Positions 1-14,628 of a stretch of DNA of 64,000 nucleotides are shown in pieces. Positions within the stretch are counted from its first letter, which is position 1. The number at the start of each line of letters is the position of its first letter. Source of the stretch: Eledone cirrhosa (taxonomy: Eukaryota). The stretch lies in contig OZ024752.1 in the NCBI GenBank assembly GCA_964016885.1, forward strand, positions 39,928,001 through 39,992,000. Reading direction: 5' to 3'. Below the pieces are notes generated by a model, which was not told the origin of the DNA, ran no database searches, and worked only from the letters and a program-made list of their open reading frames with translations. The position numbers were made by a program, and so were the translations under genes.

Positions 1-142
1 GGCTCCTACAGAGTTTTCATCTCCAAAATTCCTTTCACATATTAGTTTACCTGGAGATACAGTAAAAAGCACAATGCAATCATATCATACTTAGAACGAA
101 ACATTTGGTTGCAAAAAGAACTTCTTAACCTCATTGTTATAT

Positions 143-405
143 CTGAGTATGTGTCTTTAAATTAAAGGTGGAAAACTGGGAGAGGGTACTTGCCCTGGTG
201 GTCAGGGTCACTGTGGCCTTTTAATGGGCTTTCTCCACAAATGTCCTTCGGAAGTCTCCCCCCTATTGGGGAATTTTTCATTGTTATTTTTATTACATCC
301 TCTGTTTTTTTTACACGCAGAAATGCCCATTTGTACTGTCCTGTATTGTCCTGTACTGTCCTTAATGTCTACTTTATGTAAACCCTTGTAGTTAATAAAG
401 AAAGC
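143..405 (+). mobile_element. 3' UTR fragment of Tx1/L1-like LINE (other copies 12926-13195 +, ~1550-1930 -, 56670-57395 +)
   Basis: near-identical to 57120-57385, which follows an L1-type ORF2 C-terminus. Confidence 0.7.
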
Positions 406-463
406 ATTGTTATATCTGATGACTTTTGATTTTGTTTCTTTTTTCTTTTGCTTGTTTTTATAG

Positions 464-649
464 ATTCGTCTGGCTGCCTATGATATAAGACGTCCGTCAC
501 AAAAGGGTTATGCGACCATCACAATAAGAGTGAACCGCAATCCTTCCGGTCCATCTTTTATAGCTCCTTCAAATCAAGTAATTGAAGTCCTTGACACCCA
601 CAACATCAACAGTCCTGTCACTCAAGTTATCGCTAGTGATGTTGATCAG
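464..649 (+). CDS. cadherin exon 1 (A type, 62 aa) [10 protein letters not shown]...RNPSGPSF...IASDVDQ
   Basis: tttatag|ATT ... CAG|gtaatg; 186 nt; cadherin motifs. Confidence 0.9.
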
Positions 650-737
650 GTAATGTGTTTTCATTTTGCTTATAACTTTGAAAGTAAATTGATAAAACAT
701 TTGATTGATTCCTTTCAAGGTGATTGGTAGTATATAC

Positions 738-790
<53 letters not shown>

Positions 791-1107
791 TTTCTTTATT
801 AATAATAATAAAAAGTAACCGATACCAGGGTTTAAAGTGGGGGTTAAAAAGGATTTGGAACAGCCATGAAATCAAGGTCGTCCCGATTGTCATAGGAACA
901 CTAGGTACTATCTCAAAGAGTTTCCAATGATGGTTAAAGAGTTAGTCCAGCCTCATTTTTTGGAACACTTCAAAATGCATGCTTGCTGGGAACAGCAAGA
1001 ACCCTCCGATACGTCCTGAATGTCTGAGGCTTCAGGTAACGGCTTGATATTCATTTCACCAAACTTTCCAGTTAACTAACATCAATGACTGAGACTCAAA
1101 GAACAAC

Positions 1108-1145
<38 letters not shown>

Positions 1146-2874
1146 TTTCTTTATTGGCCACAAGGGCTGACATCAAGAAAAACATTACAGACGGCACAGG
1201 ACGGTACGATGGGGATTTTGTGCGTGTAAATATTTTTATTATTTATATAAGTATCGGTAGAGGGTCGGACGCCATGCTTTCCAGCATAGTTACGTCCCTT
1301 TACGATCTGAGTTCAAATCCCGCCGAAGTTCACGTTGCCTTTCATCCTTATAGGGTCGATAAAATAAAGTACCAGTAATGCACTGGGTAATTGCTGGCCT
1401 TGTGCCTAAAGTAGAAATAATTATTTATATAAGAAACGAAAAAGAAAAAAAAAGACATAGAAACATATATATATATATATATAAACAATAAAAATGAAAA
1501 TTCAAACAATGAAAAATTCCCCAATAGGGGGGGGGGGGGGTAGATAATGGTTTCTTTATTGGGCACAAGGGCTAACATGAAGAAAAATATTACAGATGGC
1601 ACAGAACAGAACCGGATGATACAAAGTGGATTTTGGGCCATGTAAAAAGGTTATAACAAGAAGATAGAAATGTGTAAAAACAAATCAAAAAAATTCAAAC
1701 AACAAAAATTTCCCCAAAAAAGGGGGAAACCTCCGAGGGTCACTCATGACGAAAACCACACAAAAGACCACGGCCACCCTGACCACCAGGGCAAGCGCCC
1801 TCTCTCAGTTTTCCCTCTCCTCAGTCTACAGTCACATACTCAGAGCAGACTTGCCACTTTCACCCACCATTCAACACACTTACTAGAAGACAGTACTTGC
1901 CTCTCCATCTTGATATTTTCTTCAAGTGAAATTTGAAATAGTAATGATTTCTAGTATAGACACAAGGCTAGCAATTTGAGGGGAAGGGGAAAATCGATTA
2001 ACTCAACCCCTGTGAATTACTGGTGCTTTATTTTATTGACCCCATAAGAAATTAACCACGGCGGGATTTGAACTCAGATTGTAAAGGGGTGTAACTCTAT
2101 GCAATAAAGAATATTGTCCGACACTCCCCCGATACTGCCAATCCACCACCCTCATTATAATAATAATAATTGTTTCTACTTTTGGCACAAGGCCAGCAAT
2201 TACCCAGTGCATTACTGGTACTTTATTTTATCGACCCCGTAAGGATGAAAGGCAAAGTCAACCTCGGCTGTTTCTACTTTAGGCACAAGGCCAGCAATTA
2301 CCCAGTGCATTACTGGTACTTTATTTTATCGACCTCGTTAAGTTAATCTCGGAAGGATTTGAACTCAAATAAAGGGCCATAACTCCATGTTGAAAAGCAT
2401 GGCGTCTGACCCTACAATAATTGTTTCTACTTTAGGCACAAGGCCAGCAATTACCCAGTGTATTACTGGTACTTTATTTTATCGAACCCGCAAGGATGAA
2501 AGGCAAAGTCAACCTCGGCGGGATTTGAACTCAGATCGTAAAGGGACGTAACTCTATGCTGGAAAGCATGGTGTCCGACCCTCTACCGATACTGCCAATC
2601 CACCGCCCTCTGACCCTACAATAATGGGGAGTTTGGATATGTTGTATTCTTCTTCTTCTTCTTCTTCTTTTTTGTAACTTAGTAGTTCACTCCATCTCTC
2701 TCTCACTCTCTCTAAATATATCCTCCTCTCTCTCTCTCTAACTCTCTCTCTAGCTATATCCCCATCTCTCTATCTCTCACACTCTCTCTCACGCTCTCTC
2801 TCTCACTCTCTCTCTCGCTCACTCTCTCTCTCGCTCACTCTCTCTCTCTCTCTCTCCCACTCTATATCCCCCTC

Positions 2875-2905
<31 letters not shown>

Positions 2906-2971
2906 TTCTCCCACTCTATATCCCCTACCCCACCTCTCTCTCTCTCTCTCTCTCCCACTATATATCCCCCA

Positions 2972-3012
<41 letters not shown>

Positions 3013-3189
3013 ACTATATCCCCCACCCCACATCTCTCTCTCTCTCTCCCACTCTATATCCCCCACCCCACATCTCTCTCTCTCTCTCCCACTCTATATC
3101 CCCCACCCCACATCTCTCTCTCTCTCTCTCTCCCACTCTATATCCCCCACCCCACATCTCTCTCTCTCTCTCCCACTCTATATCCCCTA

Positions 3190-3226
<37 letters not shown>

Positions 3227-3287
3227 ACTCTATATCCCCCACCCCACATCTCTCTCTCTCCCTCTCTCTCCCACTCTATATCCCCCA

Positions 3288-3332
<45 letters not shown>

Positions 3333-3651
3333 ACTCTATATCCCCCACCCCACATCTCTCTCTCTCTCTCCCACTCTATATCCCCTACCCCACATCTCTC
3401 TCTCTCCCACTCTATATCCCCTACCCCACCCCCACCCTCTCTCTCTCTCTCTCTCTCTCTCCCTCTCTATATCCCCCACCCCACATCTCTCTCTCTCTCT
3501 CCCACTCTATATCCCCCACCCCACATCTCTCTCTCTCTCTCTCTCCCACTCTATATCCCCTACCCCACCTCTCTCTCTCTCTCTCCCACTCTATATCCCC
3601 CACCCCACATCTCTCTCTCTCTCTCTCTCCCACTCTATATCCCCCACCCCA

Positions 3652-3707
<56 letters not shown>

Positions 3708-6700
3708 ACTCTATATCCCCCACCCCACATCTCTCTCTCTCTCTCTCTCTCTCCCACTCTATATCCCCTACCCCACCTCTCTCTCTCTCTTTCTCTCTCC
3801 CTCCATTAAATTTCCCCAATGTTTCGTTCATTTTTTTTTTTCTTTTTTGGCAATTTTAAATGTTTCACTGTTACACATCTTTCTCAATATTCCAGAAAAT
3901 CACATATTTTATGCAAGGGGACACTACTCTCAAAAGCTATTTCTTCATCAATCCACAAGATGGCGCTATATATTTGCGGAAGAACTTGGAAACGTCTCCT
4001 GTTAATATTTTCAACGTAAGAGTTTTTATATAACTTCTTTAACCTCTTAGCACTTAACCAGGCCATATCTGTGTATGTGTGTATGTATGTGTGTGTGTGT
4101 GTGAGTGAGTGTATGTGTGTATGTGTGAGTGTATGTGTGTGTGTGTGTGTGAGTATGTGTGTGTGAGTGTGGGACTGTGTGAGTGTATATGTGTGACAGT
4201 GTATGAATGTGTATGTGTGACTGTATGAGTGTGTGAGTGTATGTGTGTGACAGTGTATAAATGGGTGTGTGTTTGTGACAGTGTATGAGTGTGTGTGTGT
4301 GTGTGACAGTGTGTGTTGTGACAGTGTGCGTGTGTGACAGTGTGTGTGTGTGTGTGACTGTGTGTGGGTGTGTGGGTGGGTGGGTGTGTCGGTGTGTCGG
4401 TGGGTGGGTATGTGAGTGTGTGACTGTGTGTGTGTGTGTGTGTCGGTGTGTGTGTGTGGGTGGGTGAGTGGGTGTGTGTGTGTGACTGTGTGTGTGTGTC
4501 TGTGTGTGTGTGTCGGTGTGTGTGTGTGTGTGTGTGGGTGGGTGTGTGTGTGAGTGTGTGACTGTGTGTGAGTGTGTGCCTCCAAAGTTAGGAAAGAATT
4601 TAAACTTTTTAACTTACAATATAATTGTTTCTACTTTTGGCAAAAGGCCAGCAATTATCCCAGTGTATTACTGGTACTTTATTTTATCGACCCCCGTATG
4701 GATGAAAGGCAAAGTTAACCTCGGCGAGATTTGAACTCAGAATGGCAAGGGCCGTAACTCTATGCGTCAAAGCATGGCATCCGACCCTCTACCGATACTG
4801 CCAATCCACTACCCTTAACTTGCATTATAATAAATAATTGTTAGTCAACCTTGAGCTATATTAAAAGGTTAAGGTTATGAAATGAACCTTTTAAACATAT
4901 AACTGGAGGCACATGGCTTAGTGGTTAGAGCATTGGGCTTGCAATCGAAAGGTTATGAGTTCAATTCTCAGACCGGGTAATGTATTGTTTCCTTGAGCAA
5001 GACACTTTATTTCACATTGCTCCAGTTTACTCAGCTGTAGAAATGAGATGATAGGGACTGGAGTCCCTATCATTCCACTGCAAAGTGGTCGTGGAGGTGC
5101 CACGGCAAAAAAGCACCCAGCACTCACTGTAAATAAGGTTGGTGTTAGGAAGGGCATCCAGCTGTAGAAATCAAGCCAGAATCAGTTCCCGTCCCACCCT
5201 TGCAAGCAGAGAAAAAGCGGACGTAAAATGAAATGATGATGAATGACATGAACTATGCCTATGCACACTTCCTGTGCTGTTCCCTTGGGAAAAACATACA
5301 ACCAAGGACATTCAGAACACAAATAAAACATCATTTGAGTGAGAATTAGCTTTATTTGATCTCCTATATTTAAGGATACAAAGTGCTGCACATCTTTGAG
5401 GCATTAAATAAGTCCAAGGCAGAATTATTTTCTAAGAATGAAAAATATTAGTTCACCCAGTCCACACTGTAAATGTGGTTGATGTTAGGAAAGGCATCCA
5501 GCCATAGGAACTAAGCCAGAAACAGTTCTGTATGAGCAAAACATGGTCATCTGTTCTGGCTTGTCTCACATTGGGACAACTCGTCTAACCCATGCTAGCA
5601 TAGAAAAATGGACGTTAAATGATGATGATGATAATGGTGGTGTCTATTTACTCAAGATTTTTCTCACAATACCAAAGTTTAAACTCTATTCCATTGAAAC
5701 AATTGTTTACATTCATTATTTAGTGTTTAAAGGGCGGTGGATTGGCAGTATCGGTAGAGGGTCGGACGCCATGTTAGGGCGGTGGATTGGCAGTATCGGT
5801 AGAGGGTCGGACGCCATGTTAGGGCGGTGGATTGGCAGTATCGGTAGAGAGTCGGACGCCATGTTAGGGCGGTGGATTGGCAGTATCGGTAGAGGGTCGG
5901 ACGCCATGTTAGGGCGGTGGATTGGCAGTATCAGTAGAGGGTCAGACGCCATGTTAGGGCGGTGGATTGGCAGTATCGGTAGAGGGTCGGACGCCATGCT
6001 TTGCAGCACAGTTACGTCCCTTTACGATCTGAGTTCAAATCCCGCCGAGGTTAACTTTGCCTTTCATCTTTACGGGGTTGATAAAATAAAATACCAGTAT
6101 TGCACTGGGGTTATTGCTGGCCTTGTGCCAAAAAGTAAAAACAATTATTTAGTGTTTAAATAATTGTTTCCACTTTTGGCACAAGGCCAGCAATTACTCC
6201 AGTGCAATAAAATACCAGTAATGCACTGGGGTAATTGCTGGCCTTGTGCCAAAAGTAGAAAGAATTATTTAGTGTTTAAATAATTGTTTCCACTTTTGGC
6301 ACAAGGCCAGCAATTACCCCAGTGCAATAAAATACCAGTAATGCACTGGGGTAATTGCTGGCCTTGTGCCAAAAGTAGAAACAATTATTTAAACACTATA
6401 TCACTATCACCATCATCATCATTTAACGCCTGTTTTTCCATGATTCCATAGGTTGGCCAGGTCCTTCTCAGTACAGCATCTTTCCACTTGTTCCTTTGTC
6501 AATATAACTTTGATAACTTTGATAGGTTTCGGCCAGTATTGGCCCAGGCCATGTCTAACTTAATACCACCACCTGGCAAAGTCTTTCAAATCAGGATTTG
6601 GGCACCATAGCCCACTCAAATAGAGAGTTATTGTTTACAGAGGCATATCCAGGTGTAGGGGGTTTATCCGGAATTTCTTGAAGGAATTTGTCCAAAGACT

Positions 6701-9700
6701 TCTTGAACTTGATGGGGTCTGTTTAGATATTTTTTTTAAAAAAGAAGAGAAAATGGATTTGTTATTCTTATAATATTTCTATTTTATTCTTCTTCTTTTC
6801 TATCATTTTTATCAAGCAATACCTATCTTATAATATACTCTAATATCTCACATGTGTTTTTTTTTTTTGTTTTTATTGTAGGCAAATATAACTGCCATGG
6901 ATAATGGCCAGCCACCGAAATCAAGCATATTAAAATTGCAATTCAATGTCAAAAAATCAATAAAGCCAGTCTTTCAACAAAAGACATACAATGTTACCGT
7001 AAGAGAAACTGAGTCTGTAAACAGATTTGTTATTTCTGTGGATGCTGATTCAACAAATACAGTATGTATTATAGAAAAATTCTCTATTGTTTGAAAAAAA
7101 AAATGACTTAACCCTTTCATGACTGCCTTTCTAATGAAATTCACCCTATTTTAATTAATCAATGAAGAACTTTGAGGGATTTACTAAAATTATTAATTAT
7201 TTCATTACAAAGACTTAATGAATTTAAGACTTAATATAAGGTTCTTGTATAAAATTATGTTGGAAGATTTTAATATAAATTGGAAACCTTTAAAATTGGG
7301 AACTTTATTTTATAGAACCAGAGCTGGTTTTGCCCAGGCTGGTAACACTGTTAAAGAAAAGAATAAGATTGAATGGAGATATGAATTTTAGTATCTTGAT
7401 GTAAGGTTCTTATATAAAATTATGTTAGAAGATTTGAATTTAAATTGGAAACCTTTAAAATGGATGGTTTTATTTCATAGAACCAGAGTCAGTTTTGACT
7501 GGGTTGGTAACTAAATGGTTAGTCATCTATTAGACCGAATAATGGTTGCTTAGTAGTCAGTGCTGGGTTTTCTTTAAATATGCATCTTTTCTTATTATTC
7601 TAAAGATGCTTATCCAAAAGGGGGATGAATGGAACGTTTTATTTCAGAATACTCAAATATATTCCTAGGATAAAATTATATAAAAATAATAAAAAATTTA
7701 ATATTTAGTCAAACATACATAAAAAGAAAGCAGTGTTGGAAAGAACTATAAATGCCATAAATGAGAGGAAAATGAGGGAAAATGCAATGGCTATTAGACA
7801 ACAGAAGAAAGAAAGTGAAAGGGAAAAGATGGTGACAGATTGGTTAGAGTGACATTTTGACTGCACCTCGCAGACAAAATGGCCAAGGTATTTCTGTAGA
7901 CACCACTGCAACAACCATCCCACCTCATGGGGATCCTTCCTCAGATGGGCTGCTGTCATTCTGATTTTATGGAGGGGGTCAGCTCTACGTCGTACAAGGA
8001 TGCCTGAGGTCTTGACAGCAACTGGTGCATTCTGATTTCTATCCTCACATTATAGATATCTCTCCCCTTCTTTATTGGTATCATCACTTATCAAGATTGT
8101 ATTTCCTACTGAAATAATAGGTCTCTATTATTACACTGGTCTGAGTTCAAATCCCGCCGAGGTTGACTTTGCCTTTCATCCTTACGGGGTCGATAAAATA
8201 AAGTACCAGTAATGCACTGGAATAATTGCTGCCTTTGTGCCAAAAGTAGAAACAATTATTCCACTGAAGATGTAGAGCGTCAGATACCATGCTTTGCAGC
8301 ATAGAGTTACGCCCCTTTACATTCGTGATTCAAATCCTGCCAAAGTTAACTTTGCCTTTCATCCTTACAGGGTCAATAAAATAAAGTACCAGTAATGCAC
8401 TTGGCTTGTACCAAAGTAGAAATAATTATTACCCTTCAGTATAGAAATCAGTAGAGCAATGTACAATAAGAGGAGAATGGAAAGAGGTAACAAACCCTCA
8501 AAGACAATAAAAAACAAAGACAAAAAGGATATTAACCCTTTAGCATTTACATTACTCTATATTTACTATTGTATTTTCATGGTAAAGGCTTTATCTCACA
8601 TAATTATCTCACAAAATTATCTCACATAGTATTGAATCTATGAGATTTTGATATTATTTATTTTGAGAACAATATCTTAAAGTCTGTATAAGTGGCCAGT
8701 TATGGTTGGTTTGAACAGAAAGAGGTGAAAGAATTCTGGCTGGATATGGCCAGTTTAAATGCTAAAGGGTTAATGATACAAAACTAAAAAGTGCGTGAAA
8801 TATTTTTAAAAGACCCTCTATCATAAACTTCTTTTCAGAGTGTTTCATCTAATTTATTTTCTCTTTTTTTTATTTTATTTTAAGTTGAATCTTGCATATA
8901 AAGTCATTGGAGAAGGATCTGCTCCAAGCTTTTTCAGAGTTGATAACTCTGGTAAAATTTACGTCAATTATAACCTCAAAACTGGACAAGAGATGCAATA
9001 TACTGTAAGTAATTGTAATCAAATTTTAAATATAGGATTTAACGAAATATTTACATACCTATGAGTTATTGTTTCCAAATGTTTTATAGTTAATGTGATT
9101 GTGTCATAGTGCTGTTCTGTACTTTTCAAGAATATCTTGTTTATGCAGTTTTATGTGGTACAGGTTAAAAGATAACAACAGTTAAACTTCCTGCTATATA
9201 GATCAGTGTGATTCATTAAAGGATTAAGTTTTAAATTAAATTCTTATGATTATATATTACTTTGAGTGGTATTGAAATAAATGAAGGCTTTAAATCTTTG
9301 TACTGGGCCATGGACCGGTAGTTGGGGGCCACTGTTCTAGTGTATGTGACTGTTTTATGTGTGCCTTATTTTTAAATATTTATGTTTTAGCTGATTGTTG
9401 AAGCTTACAAGCCAACCTATCCTTCACACAAAGACACCACAATTGTTTACATCAAGATGTTGAGGAATCTCAATACTCCAACGTTTAATCAACCCAATTA
9501 TAGTTTCCAGATCAACACTCAATCACAACTAGGAACAAACGTTGGAAATATTCAGGCAACGGATAATGACAATGTAAGTAATTAAACCTTTTGCTGTAAA
9601 AAATATAAGATAGAAAAGTAATTTTTTGTAATGAAAAAATATTTTTTCTTTGACAGAAAGTCTCTCATATGTTTATTATATATAAACATATAGTATATAT

Positions 9701-10766
9701 GGTTTTATATATATATACACCTCTATTATGCTTTTAGCAGAGTCCCTTCAGTTGGAAACATTTGGATCTGATGTCATAGCTTCTTTCCTCTTTCATCAAC
9801 TTTGTAGGCCTTGAAAAGGGTTAGATGTACTACACCAATCCTCAAGCCAACCTTCTCTGACTAAGCTAAAAAATTTCTTTCTAAAAGCATTTACTTATTT
9901 AATTTATGTGGAGGCTTTTCTTGTATAATCCTTTCATTTTATTTTTATTCTTATTTTATGTAATTTTATGACTTATTCATGCTAACCCTTACCTGTGGTC
10001 ATGAATCAGGGGTAATGACAGAAATAATATGATAGCAAATACAAATGGCTGAAAATGAGGTTCCTCCAAAGGGTCTTTGGAGTAACATTACTCGACAGAG
10101 TGTGTAGCTTGGAGATCCGAGAGTTATTCAAGGTAGAGCCACTACTTTTCTGAATTGAGATATCATAGCTCCGATACTATGAACATGTGGTTTGAATGTC
10201 TAAGGAAAGAATTGCTTGACAGATTTTATGGGTAAAACAAATCAGCAGGACACCTGGAGGTAGACCTTGAGCAAGATGGTTGAATAACATCCATGAGCTG
10301 AGCTAGTGTGGCTTGGAGATTCAGCCAGATCAGTTGGAGATGGTTACTTCTGACAGGACCCACTGGAAGGAGAGTTTGAGGACTCTGTCCCCATGACTCT
10401 CACAGGAATAAGTGGGCGAGGAAGAAGAAGAAGAAATTATTATTGCATGGATCATGAATCTATAGTTCTTATTTGCCTAAATTATGTTGTTTCCCAATCC
10501 TTAATTAATCAGATTATATTCTGGGTGAATTTCTTGGTAAGCTTATGTTATACTCTCATTTCTTAATATTCCAATATCTTCAACTTTCAGGATAAACTAA
10601 CTTACTCCATCGAACAAACCAGTGAATGCCAGAAGTATTTCTTCATAAAGCCAAATACAGGGGAGATAATTGTACAAGGAGTATTACCATCGACAAATAA
10701 AACCTTTGATGTAAGTACAAATATCATCAGATTTTGATTACCTAAATGTTGCATAAATTTGATAAG

Positions 10767-10834
<68 letters not shown>

Positions 10835-11085
10835 GAGCTCTTAAGAGTCAATGGCCATCCAAAATATATATGTATATAACATCCATGAGCTGAGCTAGTC
10901 TGGCTTGGAGATTCAGCCAGATCAGTTGGAGATGGTTACTTCTGACAGGACCCACTGAAAGGAGAGTTTGAGGACTCTGTCCCCATGACCCTCACAGGAA
11001 TAAGTGGGCGAGGAAGAAGAAGAAGAAATTATTATTGCATGGATCATGAATCTATTGTTCTTATTTGCCTAAATTATTATATATA

Positions 11086-11145
<60 letters not shown>

Positions 11146-11587
11146 GAGCTCTTAAGAGTCAATGGCCATCCAAAATCACTGGGAGAGATGACCCCTTAGC
11201 CTTTGTCAAGGCAGAATTCTAGGAGAAGGAAAACTCTGATATAACACCTGCAACCCTGATGGTATCCAATGATGTTGACTTGTTCTTCTTTTTGGTAAAT
11301 ATCATCTTGGTTAAGAGAGTGGGACTGGCTTTGTGCAGTGCCTTTGCTCACTATAAAAGCTTCACAGCACAGGCATTGCTTTATATCTGGAGATCTCTCT
11401 GCACTTGTCATCACATGGTACCATGGGCCCAGCACTATGTGTCAATAATTGTCACAAGTGTAGTGTTTGTACCAGAGTTTTCAAGTTGCTGGCTGGACTA
11501 AAAAGTCACACTCGTTCAGCGCATTGGTAGGGGTTCTCCTACATGGATATAAAGTAGTGGCCGTACTCGAAAACGAGTTGGCAGCCA

Positions 11588-11648
<61 letters not shown>

Positions 11649-11864
11649 CATATATATACATATATATACATATATACATATATATACATATATATACATA
11701 TATATATATATATACATATATATATACATATATATATATATATACATATATATATACATATATATATATACATATATATATACATATATATATACATATA
11801 TATATACATATATATATATACATATATATATGTATATATATATGTATATATATATATGTATATA

Positions 11865-11925
<61 letters not shown>

Positions 11926-12110
11926 TTTACGTATCGAGAAAGAGAAAAAAAGGGGGGATAGGTGATACATATAGTTATTTGCCAAGTAGCGTATGCCAAA
12001 GGTGCTCGATACTAGTGCCGGCAGTATTAAATATTCGAAGTGTTAATATTTAGTGGGCTAGAGAGTTAGCAGAGCGTAAGCACGTGGGAATATATATATA
12101 TATATGCATA

Positions 12111-12168
<58 letters not shown>

Positions 12169-12774
12169 TATACATATATATATACAAATATATATACAAT
12201 TAAGGTACAGGGTTATCACCCTTGCATCTAACAAGATGTCATGTTAATAGTGTCAGCTATCTTTGTTTACAGAAAGTATCGCATGCACATGTGTAAAAAG
12301 CGCAATTTAGCATACATGCAGCATTTGGAAGTATATATGAGCTGGCTGGATTCTGCGCAGCAGATGTCAGTAGTTTAATGGCAAGGGATACAACTCAAAT
12401 TAGACTGTTGTAGGTGGGGGGGGGGGACAAATTTCGAAGAATGAACGCTTGTGAAAATATTGTATTTTGTCTGAAGAGAGTACACTATAAATTAGTATCG
12501 TTGAAATATATATAATTGTTTCTACTTTAGGCACAAGGCCAGCAATTACCCAGTGCATTACTGGTACTTTATTTTATCGACCCCGTAAGGATGAAAGGCA
12601 AAGTTAACCTCGGCGGGATTTGAACTCAGATCATAAAGGGACGTAACTATGCTGGAAAGCATGGCGTCCGACCCTCTACCGATACTGCCAATCCACCATA
12701 TATATAATGAAATAAATTATGATGTTATAGTGATATATTTTCCATTTCCATAGTGATATATTTTCCATATTTTC

Positions 12775-12807
<33 letters not shown>

Positions 12808-13314
12808 CGCCAAGGTTAACTTTGCCTTTCATCCTTACGGGGGTCGATAAAATAGCGTACCAGTAATGCACTGGGTAATTGCTGACCTTGTGCCAAAAGT
12901 AGAAACAATTATTATTATTATTATTCTCTGAGTATGTGTCTGTAAATTAAAGGTGGAAAACTGGGAGAGGGCACTTGCCCTGGTGGTCAGGGTCACTGTG
13001 GTCTTTTAATGGGCTTTCTCCACAAATGTCCCTCCGAAGTCTCCCCCCTATTGGGGAATTTTTTCTTTGTTATTTTATTACATCCTCTGTTTTCTTTACA
13101 CGCAGAAATGCCCATTTGTACCGTCCTGTATTGTCCTGTACTGTCCTTAATGTCTACTTTATGTAAACCCTTGTGGTTAATAAAGAAACATTATTATTAT
13201 TATTATTATTATCGCCGAGGTTAACTTTGCCTTTCATCCTTACGGGGGGGTCGATAAAATAGCGTACCAGTAATGCACTGGGTAATTGCTGGCCTTGTGC
13301 CAAAAGTAGAAACA

Positions 13315-13404
<90 letters not shown>

Positions 13405-13536
13405 ATTAAAATACTGGAGCGTGTTGGTGTTAGTGCTTCTTGTGGTTTTGATTGCCCTGATGAGTCCTTAATAGGACGAAACATTGTTGGCTAATAAAGA
13501 CTTTTGATGTATTGAAGGCTTCTTTGTTTTATTTTC

Positions 13537-13628
<92 letters not shown>

Positions 13629-14550
13629 TTATGCTAGCTGAGTGGTATAGAAACTAGAAACAACACTTAAGTTAACCAACTGGTATATCACATGGATAAT
13701 CACATCATTAATGATTATATAAGAAATGTGCTGCCTGGTGTCTGATAACAGATGCCATTTGCTTATAATAGTGAGAGATGGGGGAGAGTGGGAGAAGCAG
13801 AAACAGTGACAGTGGGAGTTTGGATTCACTGGGTTCAGACCTATTGTATCATCATCATCATCATCATCATTTCATTTTACGTCTGCTTTTTCCCTGCTTG
13901 CAAGGGTGGAACGGGAACTGATTCTGGCTTGATTTCTACAGCTGGATGCCCTTCCTAACACCAACCTCATTTACAGTGAGTGCTGGGTGCTTTTTTGCCG
14001 TGGCACCTCCACGACCACTTTGCAGTGGAATGATAGGGACCCCAGTCCCTATCATCTCATTTCTACAGCTGAGTAAACCGGAGCAATGTGAAATAAAGTG
14101 TCTTGCTCAAGGAAACAACACATCACCCAGTCTGAGAATTGAACTCACAACCTTTCGATTGCAAGGCCAATGCTCTAACCACTAAGCCATGTGCCCCCAT
14201 ATCAACACTAATAAATAGGAAAATATATATGATGATGATGATGATGATATGTTTGAGTATAGTGTAGTGTATATTATTTTAAACACACACATTATTTTAA
14301 ACACAAGGGCAGTGGATTGGCAGTATCGGTAGAGGGTTGGATACCATACTTTGTAGCATAGAATTATGGCCCTTTTTGGTCCAAATCCCACTGAGGTTAA
14401 CTTTTTCCTTTCATCCTTACGAAGGTTAATAAAATAAAGTACCAGTAATACACTGGGGTAATTGCTGGCCTTGTGCCAAAAGTAAAAACAATTATATTAA
14501 ACACATACACAGATGCTACAATCTTCATCTCTCAAGTATGATCATTGCTT

Positions 14551-14628
<78 letters not shown>

